Of a DNA stretch of 64,000 nucleotides, positions 11,870 to 24,164 are shown one piece after another. The stretch is from positions 124,001 through 188,000 of the forward strand of contig MU008185.1 of assembly GCA_010909165.1 (NCBI GenBank), written 5' to 3'. Origin of the DNA: Anthoceros angustus (taxonomy: Eukaryota; Plantae; Anthocerotophyta). How positions within the stretch are numbered: the first letter of the stretch is position 1; every line of letters begins with the position of its first letter. The notes beneath the pieces are model-generated. The model did no database searches. It was not told the origin of the DNA and saw nothing but the letters and a program-made list of their open reading frames with translations. The translations under genes were made by a program, and so were the position numbers.

Positions 11870-13884
11870 TCAACAGACCTGCTCAGATGGAGGAGGTGAG
11901 ATTGTGGAAGGCTTGAAATCTAATGGCTTCTCTGCTCCACAATTTCTCCGGTTGCACTTTGTACGAAAGGGATAGTTCACATTTCCACAGGCATCACAAG
12001 TCCAGCTTCCATCCGGTGGAGGCCCTTCTGCGCACAGACGAGAATCTTCATCACCTTCCAAGAAGTTGAGGCATGCAGTGACCGCAAGTCACACAAGCTA
12101 ACTGTAAGACTTCCACATTATTGCACAACGTGAAACACTCACGAGAAGTAGGAGGTCTTGTCGCTGGACCATTACCATAGCGCGAAGACTGCACATAAAA
12201 ACTCTCACTTAGCATCAATGTGAATGACCTATATCAGACTTCACTCAGGTGAACAAGAACCTAAGTTGAAGGGAAAAACCTCACCGACTCTGTAGGCTTT
12301 GGAGCTCCACATTTCCTCATATTGCAGGTTGTTCTGAAAGCAAAATTTGTGTTTCCACATTTTGGACAGACCCAATCTCCTTCCGAATATCCATCCGGGG
12401 TAGAATGGTCTGGTGTGTGAGAGGTGGTCATTCAGGTCAGTAGTCACAAACAGGTAGCTAGGTGAACTGAAAAACAGCAGAACCAGTTTGATGCAACACT
12501 GCCTATTAGTACCTCCTCTCCGTTTTCGGTTACCATTTTCCTCTGGATACATGCTAGGACCTCTTGGGCCTGGCATCTGTGAAAAGACACTTCCATGGAT
12601 TAGTATGCACATCAGTCCACTAAAAGAGAACTTAGAAAGCCCAGGTGACAAAAACATACTGGTGGACCACGACCCATGCCTATGCCCATGGCATATCCAT
12701 CCATCATTGGGCCAGCACCATAACCAGGACCTGCAGCACCATCCAAGATACTCACAGACGCAGCTCAACACAACCACGTGCATAAGGAAGGAGAAAATAC
12801 CTCCATACATCAAAGGAAGAAAGAAGTACCTCCACCCATGACAGACCCAGGAGGAGGATATGTTGATGCCATCGGCATAGGATTGTAAGAGGCAGCATTG
12901 TTTACAGCTCCACCATAGTCATAGGGCACCGCTGATGCTGGAGGGGGTGGAATTGGCATAGGTGCGCCATAGTTTGAAGGCAATTGCAAAGGGAGGGGAG
13001 GAGGTGCTCCAGGTCCACCCATGTACATAGGTGCAGGTGCTTGTTCATAGACAGGTCCCAAGGGAACGAGACCCCTCTGTACACGAAAAACACGTCAGCT
13101 ACGCACTCAGGCAGAGAGGAGCAGATAAGCATAAGACTGCTTTGCAGCGGTGCGTAGGGTTATAATATGTACATATACCGGGGTAGCCTCTGCAGGCTTG
13201 GTTGCTCCGCACTTCCTCATATTGCATGTCGTACGGAAAGCAAAATTGACATTGCCACACTGAGGACAAGTCCAATCACCTTCACCTCTTGCAGCTGAGC
13301 ACCACGAAAGAGGACATAAGTTAAAAAAATATAAACCGTAACCGTATTGGTCCAAATCCAACCAGCCAAACCCATCATTCTTACCGCCATCGGTCCGAGC
13401 CCTCTTTGGTCCAGCAGGGCCCCGAAAATCCGTCTGCAAATGACCAGACAGTATGGTCAGGCACATAGGCAACGATACTTTCCAAGCTACAGATTCCAGT
13501 GGGTGGGCTCAATAAGACGGGCACACCACAAACATCGACACTGAAACCGCAAGGTAAAGATCGATATTAACAATTCTGGATCATAAAAAGAATATTTCCG
13601 CAATGAAAAACCTAACACCAGACGAAGGACAGGAGAAGACAGTCAGAACATGCTACTTAACCGCAGCACAGAACTGAACATCTCCTCTGCAAGCCAACAG
13701 ACACCAGAACACGTCCCACAAATATTCAACCAACCTATCCTGAGAACCCTGATACTGGGCTCATCACCCGCCATAGCCGAGATTGTACAGGAAAGGCATA
13801 CAAGATGATAAAAAAAACATGAACCCAACCAAAGAACCCAGAAACAGCAGGCAAAAGCAAGAAGCCGGTGACAACCTGCAACAT
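11870..13884 (-). CDS. RanBP2-type zinc finger protein (At1g67325-like), three fingers, multi-exon
   Basis: Exons give MLQ / TDFRGPAGPKRARTDG / ARGEGDWTCPQCGNVNFAFRTTCNMRKCGATKP, a Pro-rich linker, GDWVCPKCGNTNFAFRTTCNMRKCGAPKP and GSWTCDACGNVNYPFRTKCNRRNCGAEKP. The start exon (13884-13876) and the stop position are inferred. Confidence 0.88.
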
Positions 13885-15529
13885 GTCCACGGAGTGCCAC
13901 CTCGATGAAAAATTCAAAAAATTGCTTCACTTGACAAGTTGCACCAGGAACCCTTCTCTGTCAGAGGACCCTGGGCACGCAAGTTGCTAAGCCGGTAAGG
14001 AGGCAAGGCGATAAAGACATGAGGCAATTGGAGGTTGACGTCTGCTAATCCCAGCGGCCTCAGAACTAACTGCTCACAAAACCGTGTCACTAGGTATTAA
14101 CCATGATTACGTAAACATGGCAAAGTACTTTGCAAATACGTACCATTTTAGCACACGTCTTGTTATAAGTATTTTAATAAAAAAATGAGATAAAAAGAAA
14201 ACAGTTAGTGCTATTTCTACCAAATCCTTCAAAGAGAAATGGATATAGAATATTAAAGTAGTAATAATATATTAGAATAAAATCTTAAACTAATATTTTA
14301 TTTGCTCCACCAACCCCTAAATATATATATGCTTAAATACCTAATTTTATGTCAGCTTAACTAAAATAAAATATTCCATAAATTTCCTCTATGACACATG
14401 TAGTTATTCAATGTAGGTGAGTTAAATAAAATATTAATTTTAAATTTTAAATACATATAATAGAACTATATTAAATATTTCTTATTTTATAAGCTTATCC
14501 TCTAATTTTTCTATGGGTTGTTTCATTGAAACCTCTTTAACTCTTTTCATTATATACCCATCAACATATATATATTTTACAAAAGAGTCTGGATGCAATA
14601 TTATTATATTAAAAATATAATAGAAAATTAAAAGTAATATAAATAATATTCTATGGTATTTTGACCCAAACTCAGACAACCAACTTGCTTATTTTATGCC
14701 ACTAGGGTTATCAGCTAAAGTGAAAAAAATATATTATTAGTATTATTATTATTTTATGTAGATAAAAATATAGAAAATGAATGAAAAAGAAAAAAATATT
14801 TGTTATTGTGTCGTGGTTTAAAGCTCAACCTACATAAAAGTGTTTTAAGGCTCAACCCACATAAAATTCTCTGGATGAATATTATGATCAATTATGTGTT
14901 ATATGCCAATAGGACTTTGCACTGGAACATACATCTTTGTGTATTCCAGAGTGCAAAGTTAGATTTCTTATTGGATGCTTAACTCCATGGTTTCGACAAA
15001 ATTTATCATGTCCTATATGGAGAAATACAAAATAGATTCAAGAAGGACTAACTCGCATGGCTTTGATATTTAGTGTGCTATTGAAACCCATAATAATGTT
15101 TGCGCAGTATTTTTTTTTATCAATTCGCCTGGCATTTTTTGGTTGTGGGTTTGCCCGGCATTTTTTGTAATAAGTTGGCCTGGCATTTTTTTTCTTTTCT
15201 TTCTCCCGGCAAACCACGTTGATGTCATTACCCAAATCAAAAATTCAAGGCCCGACATGCTCCAGTCCGTAGTCTTTATCATGAACTTCTTCAAGGCCCG
15301 GCATGTTCTGGTTCTCATTCTTATCATTAACTTCTATGGAAGGGAATGTGGAGACTTTATAAAAGGAACGAGATGGGAAATCCCATCTACCCCGAGGCAA
15401 AAGGGGACAACCCACGATGGGGCACCAGGCCAGGGGGGGCGTGCCCCCGCACTAATCTACCCTATAACCCCCCACTGCCCCCAAGATGTCGCCGTCTGAG
15501 ATAGGTAAGGGCCTACTTACCACTAGTAC

Positions 15530-16260
15530 TACCAATGCCGCGTCTCCAGCACTCGTGATCGTCCTAAAGATGGCGCTGGCCAACGCCCTTTGCAGGGTGA
15601 TGGAAACTCATTGCCTGAAATATGCCACGACACTGGAAAGGAGGAGGCCAACCCGCCCCTGTCATTGTGGTAGGCCCTTGTGCACTCCTTGATAAAACGA
15701 GAAAAAACCTTACCCAAGGCCCCATGGGTTTCAATGGTAAGGGGGATGAAAATGTGACCTTGCTGCATGGGCCTATACTTGTAAATTTTCTCAGTTGCGC
15801 TCCCTTCCGCCGCCTAACCTGGAGGGTTGATGATGACATGGTCGCTAACAGAATCTCTGATTGGGTCAGTGACAACCACGTCCGCAACCGAGACCTCGTC
15901 CCCCACGTCAAGAAAAGGTCAGCTCTCATAGAGATGCCATTGAGCAGAGTATACTACCACTTCTTGAAAGGGAAGAAACCGCTCTGCTTGGCCATCGAGA
16001 ACATGACGTCTTGAACGGCGTCCTGTGTAGCAATACGTTGTCCACCCATTAGACAATGCGCTAAGTGGGCCCCAGGGTCGTCGATAGAGGCCCCACAGCA
16101 GCAGGTTGGAAGTGAACAGACTAGTGGTTAGACCAGACCCAGGCAGAACCTCATCGCAGTAGAAAAAGAAGCTGATACGATTCGGAACGCCTGGATGCAA
16201 GGGCGGGCCAGGAGCTAGGAATCTGCACCCTTTTCTGAGCAAGAGCAAAGGCGAGCTCTA
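15530..16260 (-). mobile_element. CRE-clade non-LTR retrotransposon 3' part (CCHC knuckle plus restriction-like endonuclease), decayed
   Basis: ARLCSCSEKGADS*LLARP...FSTAMRFCLGL...CCCGASIDDPGAHLAHCLMGGQRIATQDAVQD...RADL...VADVVVTDP...AEKIYKY...IPLTIETHGALG. Confidence 0.85.
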
Positions 16261-16307
16261 ACGGGACGAGGAATAGAAGAATCCAAAAGAAGACCAGCCC
16301 ACCCACG

Positions 16308-16510
16308 GGTGCGCCCTATTGCTGTTGGGGAGGCATTCCTGTGGCTTATTGGCTTACGTCATGCGACAAGTCTCTCTTTCCGTTCGTGGCAGACAACACT
16401 CATATCTTAGGACCCAGGGGCAAGGTCAATGAAGCTTTCGCACTCTTCTCTTCAGGGCTCTCCCGCCTGGGTTTGAGGGTCAAGATTCTGAAGTGCAAGG
16501 TTTGGCAATC
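16308..16510 (+). mobile_element. CRE-type reverse transcriptase fragment, inverted relative to the adjacent RLE part
   Basis: VRPIAVGEAFLWLIG followed by VADNTHILGP...SRLGLRVKILKCKVW (RT motifs RPIAVGE, xADD, GL-V---KC). Confidence 0.75.
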
Positions 16511-16539
16511 CTAGGTCCTGCAATGGATGTTGTGTGTTA

Positions 16540-17015
16540 AATGCTTGCAACATGTACCACGTACCCATCAAGTTCAAGGTACAGCTAGAAGGCATGGCAG
16601 CTACTGCTCTCTTGGACTTAGGGGCCAGCCATCACTACATCTCAGAGGTGGCTGCACGCAAGGCAGATTTGCGCATACAAGATTCACGTCAGCTGTCTAT
16701 TGTGGTCACCACTTTGGGAAGGAAGGACACTAGTGTGGAGAAGTGGGTTGAAGCTCATATCACCTTCCCTGGAGGTTATGTAGAAGAACTGAAGCTGATC
16801 GTAATGCCTAGCTTAGCCCATGACCTGATAGTGGGGAAACCGTGGCTTGCTGCCCATTCCCAGCATCTCCAAATATAGATTGGCTCAAGAATGTTGTAGA
16901 CCTGAGTGTAGGCAGCCAAAAGTATGTGTTAGAAGGGGAGACATACCTCCCAGACAAACATCTCTTTGCAGTCTCTGCACTACATAAAGCAACTGCCAAG
17001 GGCAGCTTCCAGTAC
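16540..17015 (+). mobile_element. Ty3/gypsy retropepsin fragment
   Basis: ATALLDLGASHHYIS (degenerate DSG) ... HDLIVGKPWLAAH/SPNIDW, with a frameshift. Confidence 0.8.
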
Positions 17016-17018
17016 ATA

Positions 17019-18380
17019 GTGTCATGCCGTGTGATACTAATCTTTGCACTTGGGTTTAGTGTTTGATTAGCATTAATTAATCTAATTACTTATCTTTAAG
17101 TAAGTAATTAGTGTTAATTAATCTAAGGTGCTTATGTTAATTAAGCATTGATTAGTATTAATTAAACATGGTTAGCAATAGCTAAGTGGATAAGCTCAAG
17201 TAATATGCTTTGGCATATTCCTTGCATATTATAGTGTATTCTTAGGATACAATAGCTAAGTGGATAAGCTCAAGTAATATGCTTTGGCATATTGCATATT
17301 ATAGTGTATTCTTAGGATATTTCATGTATGCCAATAGGATATCTTAGGAATATCGATGCCAGGTCTAGTATATATAGACCCTTCCATTGAGGACAAGCTC
17401 GGATCATAGCTTGTCCTCTAGATATCTGATGCAAGGCGTTGTGAGGAGGCCAAAGCTATGACTCAGGAGGCGATGTGTGAGGAATTTGCGTGTTGTTCGT
17501 GGGGAGGTGTGTTTGTGCCACGACGTGCGAGCTACTCCCTCCTGTTGTTACAAGCTATGATCTCGTGTGTGTACACTAGATAGGCGTGCTAGGCTTGGTG
17601 TGATGCTAGGCGATGCTAGGCGATGCTAGGCGATGCTAGGCGATGCTAGGTGGCGATGCTGGGTGGCGCTGGGCGATGCTGGGCGTGCTAGGCGTGCTAG
17701 GCGAGGCTACGCGCTCTTTAAGCAAGTAGGCAAGGGACTCTCAAGTGTGCCCAAGGCTTGAGGCCTAGAGAGGGACCAAGCCCAAGGCGAAGGAGGAGGA
17801 GAAGCCCAAGCCCAAGGCCAAGGAGAGGCAAGAGCCCAAGTCCAAGGCCAAGGAGAGAGGAGAAGAAGCCCAAGGCCAAGGAGAGGAGGCAAAGCCCAAG
17901 TCCAAGGCCAAGGAGAGAGGAGAAGAAGCCCAAGCCCAAGCCCAAGGCCAAGGAGGAGGCGAAGCCCAAGCCCAAGGCCAAGGAGGAGGCGAAGAAGGCG
18001 AAGAAGCCCACCAAGGAGGAATGAGGCCTCCACAGTGGCCTTTTAAGGCCAACCAACCAAGGGAGAAACAAGAGTATTTTACTCTTGGGCCCGGATTCAA
18101 GGGATAAGGGGAAGCGGATAGACATGGGTATGTCATTTGATTTCACTTTCTGTCCAAAACTCCTAGTTGTGCACCCCATCCAGGTCTGATCCACCCCACG
18201 GTGCTTAACTCTGGAGTTCTACCTTTGCTATCCAACTCACCCAGCTCACATTTTTGACTGTATAGCCTGCAGAGTATTATGCGATTTTAACATGCATAGA
18301 TACTTAGAGGTTTCACTAATCACGATCTAAGATAGCGGGTGTGTTAACCTTGATTAAGGGTTTGATCTAGCCACTAACCG
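17019..18380 (+). repeat. Putative LTR/5' UTR of the methyltransferase-carrying retrotransposon, with internal tandem repeats
   Basis: Starts tgtca where the protease fragment breaks off. Contains a ~72-bp duplication (17176-17320), a TATA-like tatatatag at ~17368, gcgatgctag repeats (17600-17700) and aagcccaagg-rich repeats (17770-18015). It directly precedes the gag ORF. No partner LTR or clear PBS was seen. Confidence 0.4.
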
Positions 18381-18390
18381 CCTGGAGTGC

Positions 18391-20520
18391 ATGCCGACAC
18401 ACTCGATCCGGACGGAGCTACCAACCAAGTCCATCGAGCGAATTCAAGTCCCGACCAAGAGGAGAAGTGCGACACTCGATTTTGGTACCACCGAAGGGCG
18501 GAGGAACCCGACACAATCAACAATCTTTGAAGGATCCGTGAGTGGCAACACACAAGACACGTTAGTCTTTGCCGGGACAACTCGGAAGGCCGAGGAGGAC
18601 TTGTCTCTTGGAGTCGTCAAGATGGGAGGAGACAAGGATCGAATGGAGTTGTTCAGGGGCGGCGGGCACCTTGCCTGGAGGACTTCATCGAGAAATGCAG
18701 TGCGGTGTGTGCGGAGATGGAATTGAAGACCGGATACACGAAGCGATACGGCTTCATCCAAATGCCGAAGTACTTGGGGGATGAAGCATTGGCGTGCTAT
18801 CGCGAGCACAAGGCGAGGCTTGAGCAAGGAGGACCCGGTGAGTAGCGGTTCAAGCTCGAAGGAACCGGTGCGAGCAGGCGGTGGCCGAGTGGGCACGATC
18901 CCATCGAAGAGATGTTTGACATCTTCGGTGGAGTTTCCGCAAGCACGGATGAGAAGATCTCCGGTGACACACTTCAAGATGAAGTCGAGGCTGCGAAGAT
19001 GGCTTACCGAAGAATCGACCAGTTGGTACGTGACACCAAGATCATGAGTGACCGACTGGCTGCAGAGAAGTACTTGCAGGCATTGCCATATGCACTGCGC
19101 ATGAAGGTGCAACAAGCGGTGCACAGCACGAAGGGGCAACACTACACCCTCAAGGAAGTGTACGAGATGGCTGACAAGATAGGGCCCGCTGACACTTTCT
19201 CTCGTGCTGTTGCAAGTGATTACTCCAGCACAAGTAGGAGTGGTGGGCGACATGGCCAAGCGGAGGTCGAGTGGAGGAGCTCGGCGAGACAAGCCGCCCA
19301 CACCCAAGTGGAGCCCTGCGTGAGGTGCCGAGGGACGGACCATTCCCCTCATGAGTGCGAGCATGCATTCGGAGGAGTCAAGGGTGAGGAGCCATGCCCT
19401 AGCTGTGGGAGGTACGGGCACAATGAAGCGGCATGTTGGGAGAAGCATCCGGAATTGCGGCCTACGGGTTATCGAGCAGCAACCCCGGCCAATGCATCTG
19501 CGTCAACCTCATCCACAAAATCAGCGAAGAGCAAAGGCGCCGTGGAGGAGGCGAAGTCCCGTGGACAAAAGAAACGGGAAGCATCAAAGAAGGCGATGGG
19601 CGCTCGTGGCACGCCTTGCAAAGCTGGAGTTGGTGCGGAAGGCGAAGATCAAGGAGGCGGCGGTTCATCATCGAGGACGAAGAAGATGAGCACAAGCTTG
19701 GATACATGGCGGCGTGACCGGATCCAAGGGCAGGAAGAAACCTCCGGCACTACGAGAGAAGATAGCTCGGAGGAAGAGGATGTCTTGACACCAGCGGTCA
19801 CGGAAGACACGGAAGGAAGCTTGGGGATCCTCTTCCGAACCTATGCCAAGATGCCAAAGTCGTTTGAGCCATTGCCAGCAGAGCAGTGGGAGCAACATCA
19901 AAGTCCAGTGGGCGATGTGGAGAAACCCATGCATGATTCGGCGGACGATGGCACAAAAGCTTGGAGATGCCATGTTTGACCTACAAGACATGGGGTTGAG
20001 CGTGAAGGAAGTCGGGTTTGACTCGGCGGATGTTGACAACCCTTGAAGGCGAAGCAAGTGTCGACAATGTGCCTGGTGGCAATGATGTCATTGTTGACCT
20101 CGAGCCAAGCATCTCGTGGAGAAGCGGAATCTTTGCAGTGGGAGTGGCTTTGGTCAACAATCGGAGAGGCACATTGAAATCAATGGATTCGCACCAAGGA
20201 GGTGTTGATTGACAAGCACGGTGATGATCGTTGGAAGAAGAGTGAAGGAAGCGTTGGGTCTCCACCAAGAAAGGTTGAAGGAAACCAAGTGGAAGATCCG
20301 AGCTGGGACCACGGAGCATGTGTTGGGGTGACAAGGTACAAGCTGAAGGTTTCATTCAAACCAAGAAGCAGACTTCACCTTTGTCGAGGTACACCGCTTG
20401 GTCAATGCAGACACTTTTGATGTCTTCTTTGGGAGCGCTTTGTACAAACACAGGTCATGGTGGATTTGTGGAGACAGTCTACTATCGACCAGTGGAGAAG
20501 CTGGAGCAAAACCGATGAAC
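18391..20520 (+). mobile_element. Retrotransposon gag (CCHC knuckles) and degenerate aspartic protease, frameshifted
   Basis: EKYLQALPYALRMKV..., CVRCRGTDHSPHEC and CPSCGRYGHNEAAC zinc knuckles. Downstream are RVLID (~20200) and VNADTFDVFFGSAL (retropepsin N- and C-halves). Confidence 0.75.
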
Positions 20521-20879
20521 GGATTGCCCGCATCCCTCTACAGCATGGCAAGGATCATGAGAACCTCATTGCCAGCGTCTACCCAGTGTTTTGGCGCCGT
20601 AGTGAAGGACACGCCATACGTGCTTGAACCTCTTGGCGTGTGTCTAACAACCGTGACGATGGAGGATTTCGACGAGGAGGAGGAAAACAAGCTAGGGTTG
20701 CAACCACCCTCGGAGGAGGTTCTTCAAGTCACTCGGACGGAGTGGATCAGCAATGAGCCGTGCAAAAGGCTGTGGAGGATGGTGCAAGAGGACCGTGCCC
20801 TATGAGCCGAGAACTGTAAGTTCTTGCCTAGGGTTGAGCCTGTTTGTGACCTAAACACCCGGTCATCACATGGCGACCT

Positions 20880-21560
20880 CGGGGAAGCATAGTGCTCGTG
20901 GAACTCTTTGGAGGCATCGATGCGGCTTGGGCGGTGCTAAAGTGTGGCATCAAAGTGCGAAGATCGTGCATTGTGACCCGGATCCAAAAGCAAGGATTGT
21001 GTCAGTGCGCGTAAGAGACTTGATGGGGAGTACCTAACCTCGGCGTGGGAGTCGGTGAAGGGTTACCGTGCCGATGGATGTTCGCATGATAGGGTTGTCC
21101 CATTTGAGTTGTCTTGGGCAACCGGTGGACCTTGTCATCGCAGGTTGGGAGTATCAAAGACTCTCCTCTGCAGGTGAGGGTCAAGGTCTGAAGGATCCAC
21201 GAACGCATTGTTCTATGACGATGAGGATCTTGCGCTTGATCCGAAAGGGCAAGAAAGGCCTTGTGGATACATGTTGGAGAATGTGCCGGCATGCATGAGC
21301 GTGAAGAAGCAAGTTCGGAGGACTTTGCCACGATCCGAGGAGTGTTGGGTCGGGAGCTTCTATTGGATGCGACTCAATTTGGTTCGAGGGCTCATAGGTT
21401 GAGGTCCATGTGGACTAACCTTGCTCCCTTGGAACATTTGAAGTGTGCGAGGTCGTTCACCAAGCGACCTAATCATGTTGTCAAGGATGTGCTAGCATCG
21501 GAAGGCATGCCCAACAAGTCATCAAGGCCCGACAAGGCGCACTTCCGTGAACACGCCGAC
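20880..21560 (+). pseudogene. Retrotransposon-borne DNMT3-like C5-cytosine DNA methyltransferase, copy 1 (frameshifted, 3'-truncated)
   Basis: Motif I IVLVELFGGIDA (20889). Motif IV region PVDLVIAGWEYQRLSSAG..GLKDPR (~21125-21200; catalytic TGT is TAT here). Motif VI GYMLENVP (21265). Motif VIII DATQFGSRAHRLRSMWTNL (~21365-21420). Confidence 0.85.
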
Positions 21561-22324
21561 ACCCCATTTTTAATAGTTTATTTGAATCGGTTTGTGTAGT
21601 CCTAATGAAATTTGTGTTTTGGTAATGTAGAAATATCACTAGCCATTGAAAATAAGGAGTTGAAAACCACAGACTTGTTGACTACGATGGAAGATCCGGA
21701 AGCGCAAAAACATCAAAAGGTTGGATTGTAACAATTTACGCATGTAAACAAGGAAAATATTAATATAGGTATTCACCTAATATTCAAATTCTAAGGTTGA
21801 TATTTCTTTGCGAGCGTTCAATCACATTTCCGTAGTGTGGGAAATCTTCACGACCATTGCCTCACATTAGTGAGAAAGGTATTTACCGAGCAAGATCTTC
21901 TTCGACTTGAAATGGAGGTAAAATATTAAGTTTTTGTTTGTAGTTATCGAAGAATCAAAAGGAGTTGTTTGCCCTATTTGAGGTTAGTATATCATATTTC
22001 TGATTGGTGAAATCTAATATGTACGATATGCAGTATTTATCATTGCTGCGAAATATTCCGTTGGGAAATTTTGAAATGATTAACTTTCTTTTACGGACCG
22101 TACAATGAACAAAGAAAGAAGTATTATTACGAAACGAAGCGGATCCGAAATCGCGGTGTACACCCCTTCAACACCAGGAAGAAAGTTAGAAAGGATAAAT
22201 CCCAAAAGCTGTGGAGGATGGTGCAAGAGGACCAAGTCCCTATGAGCCGAGAATCACTGTAAGTTCTTGCCTAGGGTTGAGCCTGCTTAGGACCTAAACA
22301 CCTGTGTCATCACATGGCGACCTC

Positions 22325-23000
22325 GGAAGACGGCATAGTGCTCGTGGAACTCTTTGGAGGCATCGACGCTTGAAGCAAGCAAAGTGTGGCATCAAAGTGC
22401 GAAGATACGTGCATTGTGACCCGGATCCAAAAGCAAGGATTGTGTCACGAGCGCGTAAGAGACTTGATGGGGAGTACCTAACCTCCCGACGGGAGCCGTG
22501 AAGGGTTACCGTGGCCGATGGATGTTCGCATGATAGGGTTGTCCCATTTGAGTTGTCTTGGGCAACCGTGGACCTTGTCATCGCAGTTGGGAGTGTCAAG
22601 GACTATCCTCCGCAGTAAGGGTCAAGGTCTGAAGGATCCACGAAAGATTGTTCTATGACCGATGAGGATCTTGCGCTTGATCCGTAAAGGGCAAGAAAGG
22701 CCTTGTGGATACATGTTGGAGAATGTGCCATGCATGAGCGTGAAGAAGCAAGTTCAGGAGGACTTTGCCACGATCCGAGGAGTGTTGGGTCGAGCTTCTA
22801 TTGGATGCAATTTGGTTCGAGGGCTCATAGGTTGAGGTCCATGTGGACTAACCTTGCTCCTTGGAACATTTGAAGTGTGCGAGGTCGCTCACCAAGCGAC
22901 CTAATCATGTTGTCAAGGATGTGCTAGCATCAGGAAGGCATGCCCAACAAGTCATCAAGACTGACAAGCTGCCGCACTTCCCTGTGAACACGCCTGGACA
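22325..23000 (+). pseudogene. Retrotransposon-borne DNMT3-like C5-cytosine DNA methyltransferase, copy 2
   Basis: EDGIVLVELFGGIDA, KCGIKVRRYVHCDPDPKARIV, WECQGLSSA (catalytic Cys TGT at 22594), YMLENVP, RAHRLRSMWTNL, DKLPHFPVNTPG. Many 1-2 bp indels. Confidence 0.85.
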
Positions 23001-24164
23001 CCCCATTTTTAATAGTTTATTTGAATCAGTTTGTGTAGTCCTAATGAAATTTGTGTTTTGGTAATGTAGAAATATCACTAGCCATTGAAAATAAGGAGTT
23101 GAAAACCACAGACTTGTTGACTCTGATGGAAGATCCGGAAACTACAAAAAACATCCAAAAGGTTAGTTCTGTAACAATTTCTGCATGTAAACAAGGAAAA
23201 TATTAATATAGGTATTCACCTAATATTCAAATTCTAAGGTTGATATTTCTTTGCAGAACGTTCAATCACATTTCCGTAGTGTGGGAAATCTTCACAGCCA
23301 TTGCCTCACATTAGTGAGAAAGGTATTTACCGAGCAAGATCTTCTTCGACTTGAAATGGAGGTAAAATATTAACACCGTTTTTTGTTTGTAGTTATCGAA
23401 GAATCAAAAGGAGTTGTTTGCCCTATTTGAGGTTAGTATATCATATTTACAGTGGTGAAATCTAATATGTACGATGTCTGATATTTATCATCAGTAAATA
23501 TTCCTGCTTGGACGAAATAAATGATTAACTTTCTTCCGGACCGTATAATGAACAAAGAAAGAAGTATTATTCAAGATGAGCAGATCCAAATCGGTGTACA
23601 CCCCTTCAACACCAGAAGAAAGTTAGAAAGGATAAATCCCAAACCGTGAATGCAAACGAAAAGGCGTGAAAGTGAAAACTACGAAGTGCGAAAGTGGTGA
23701 AATCTAATATGTACGATGTCCGATATTTATCATTGCCTCGCAGAAATATTCCGCTGACGAAATTAAATGATTAACTTTCTTCCGGACCGCATAATGAACA
23801 AAGAAAGAAGTATTATTCAAGACAGAAAGCGGATCCGAAATCGCGGTGTACACCCCTTCAACACCAGAAGAAAGTTAGAAAGGATAAATCCCAAAACGTG
23901 AATGTGCAAACGAAAAAGGCGTGAAAACTCAAGTGCGAAAGTGAAAACTGGAAAGAGAGAGAAAAAGACTTTTAAAGTGGTTGCACAAGGCAACGATTCT
24001 AAGATGCGCCTAGACCTCGACTCATTTCGATGCGAAGTCGGTGGTAAGCGCGTCGGCCCCGACGGGTGGCGCGCGGAGGGAGGCGAGCGCTCGTCGGGCG
24101 CACGGTCTAGAACGGTCTCGGCCCTAACCCGGCCTCGGCCGTTCTCGACGCCAGCCCGCCTCCG

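Larger units (their letters stand above)
20764..23935. repeat. ~1.44-kb tandem duplication plus a further ~240-bp partial repeat
   Basis: gctgtggaggatggtgcaagaggacc starts both units (~20768 and ~22208). gtggtgaaatctaatatgtacgat recurs at ~22005, ~23452 and ~23693. Confidence 0.9.

Noticed and set aside
18444-19448. 334-aa antisense ORF
   Set aside because: Antisense to gag with no motif; expected shadow ORF.
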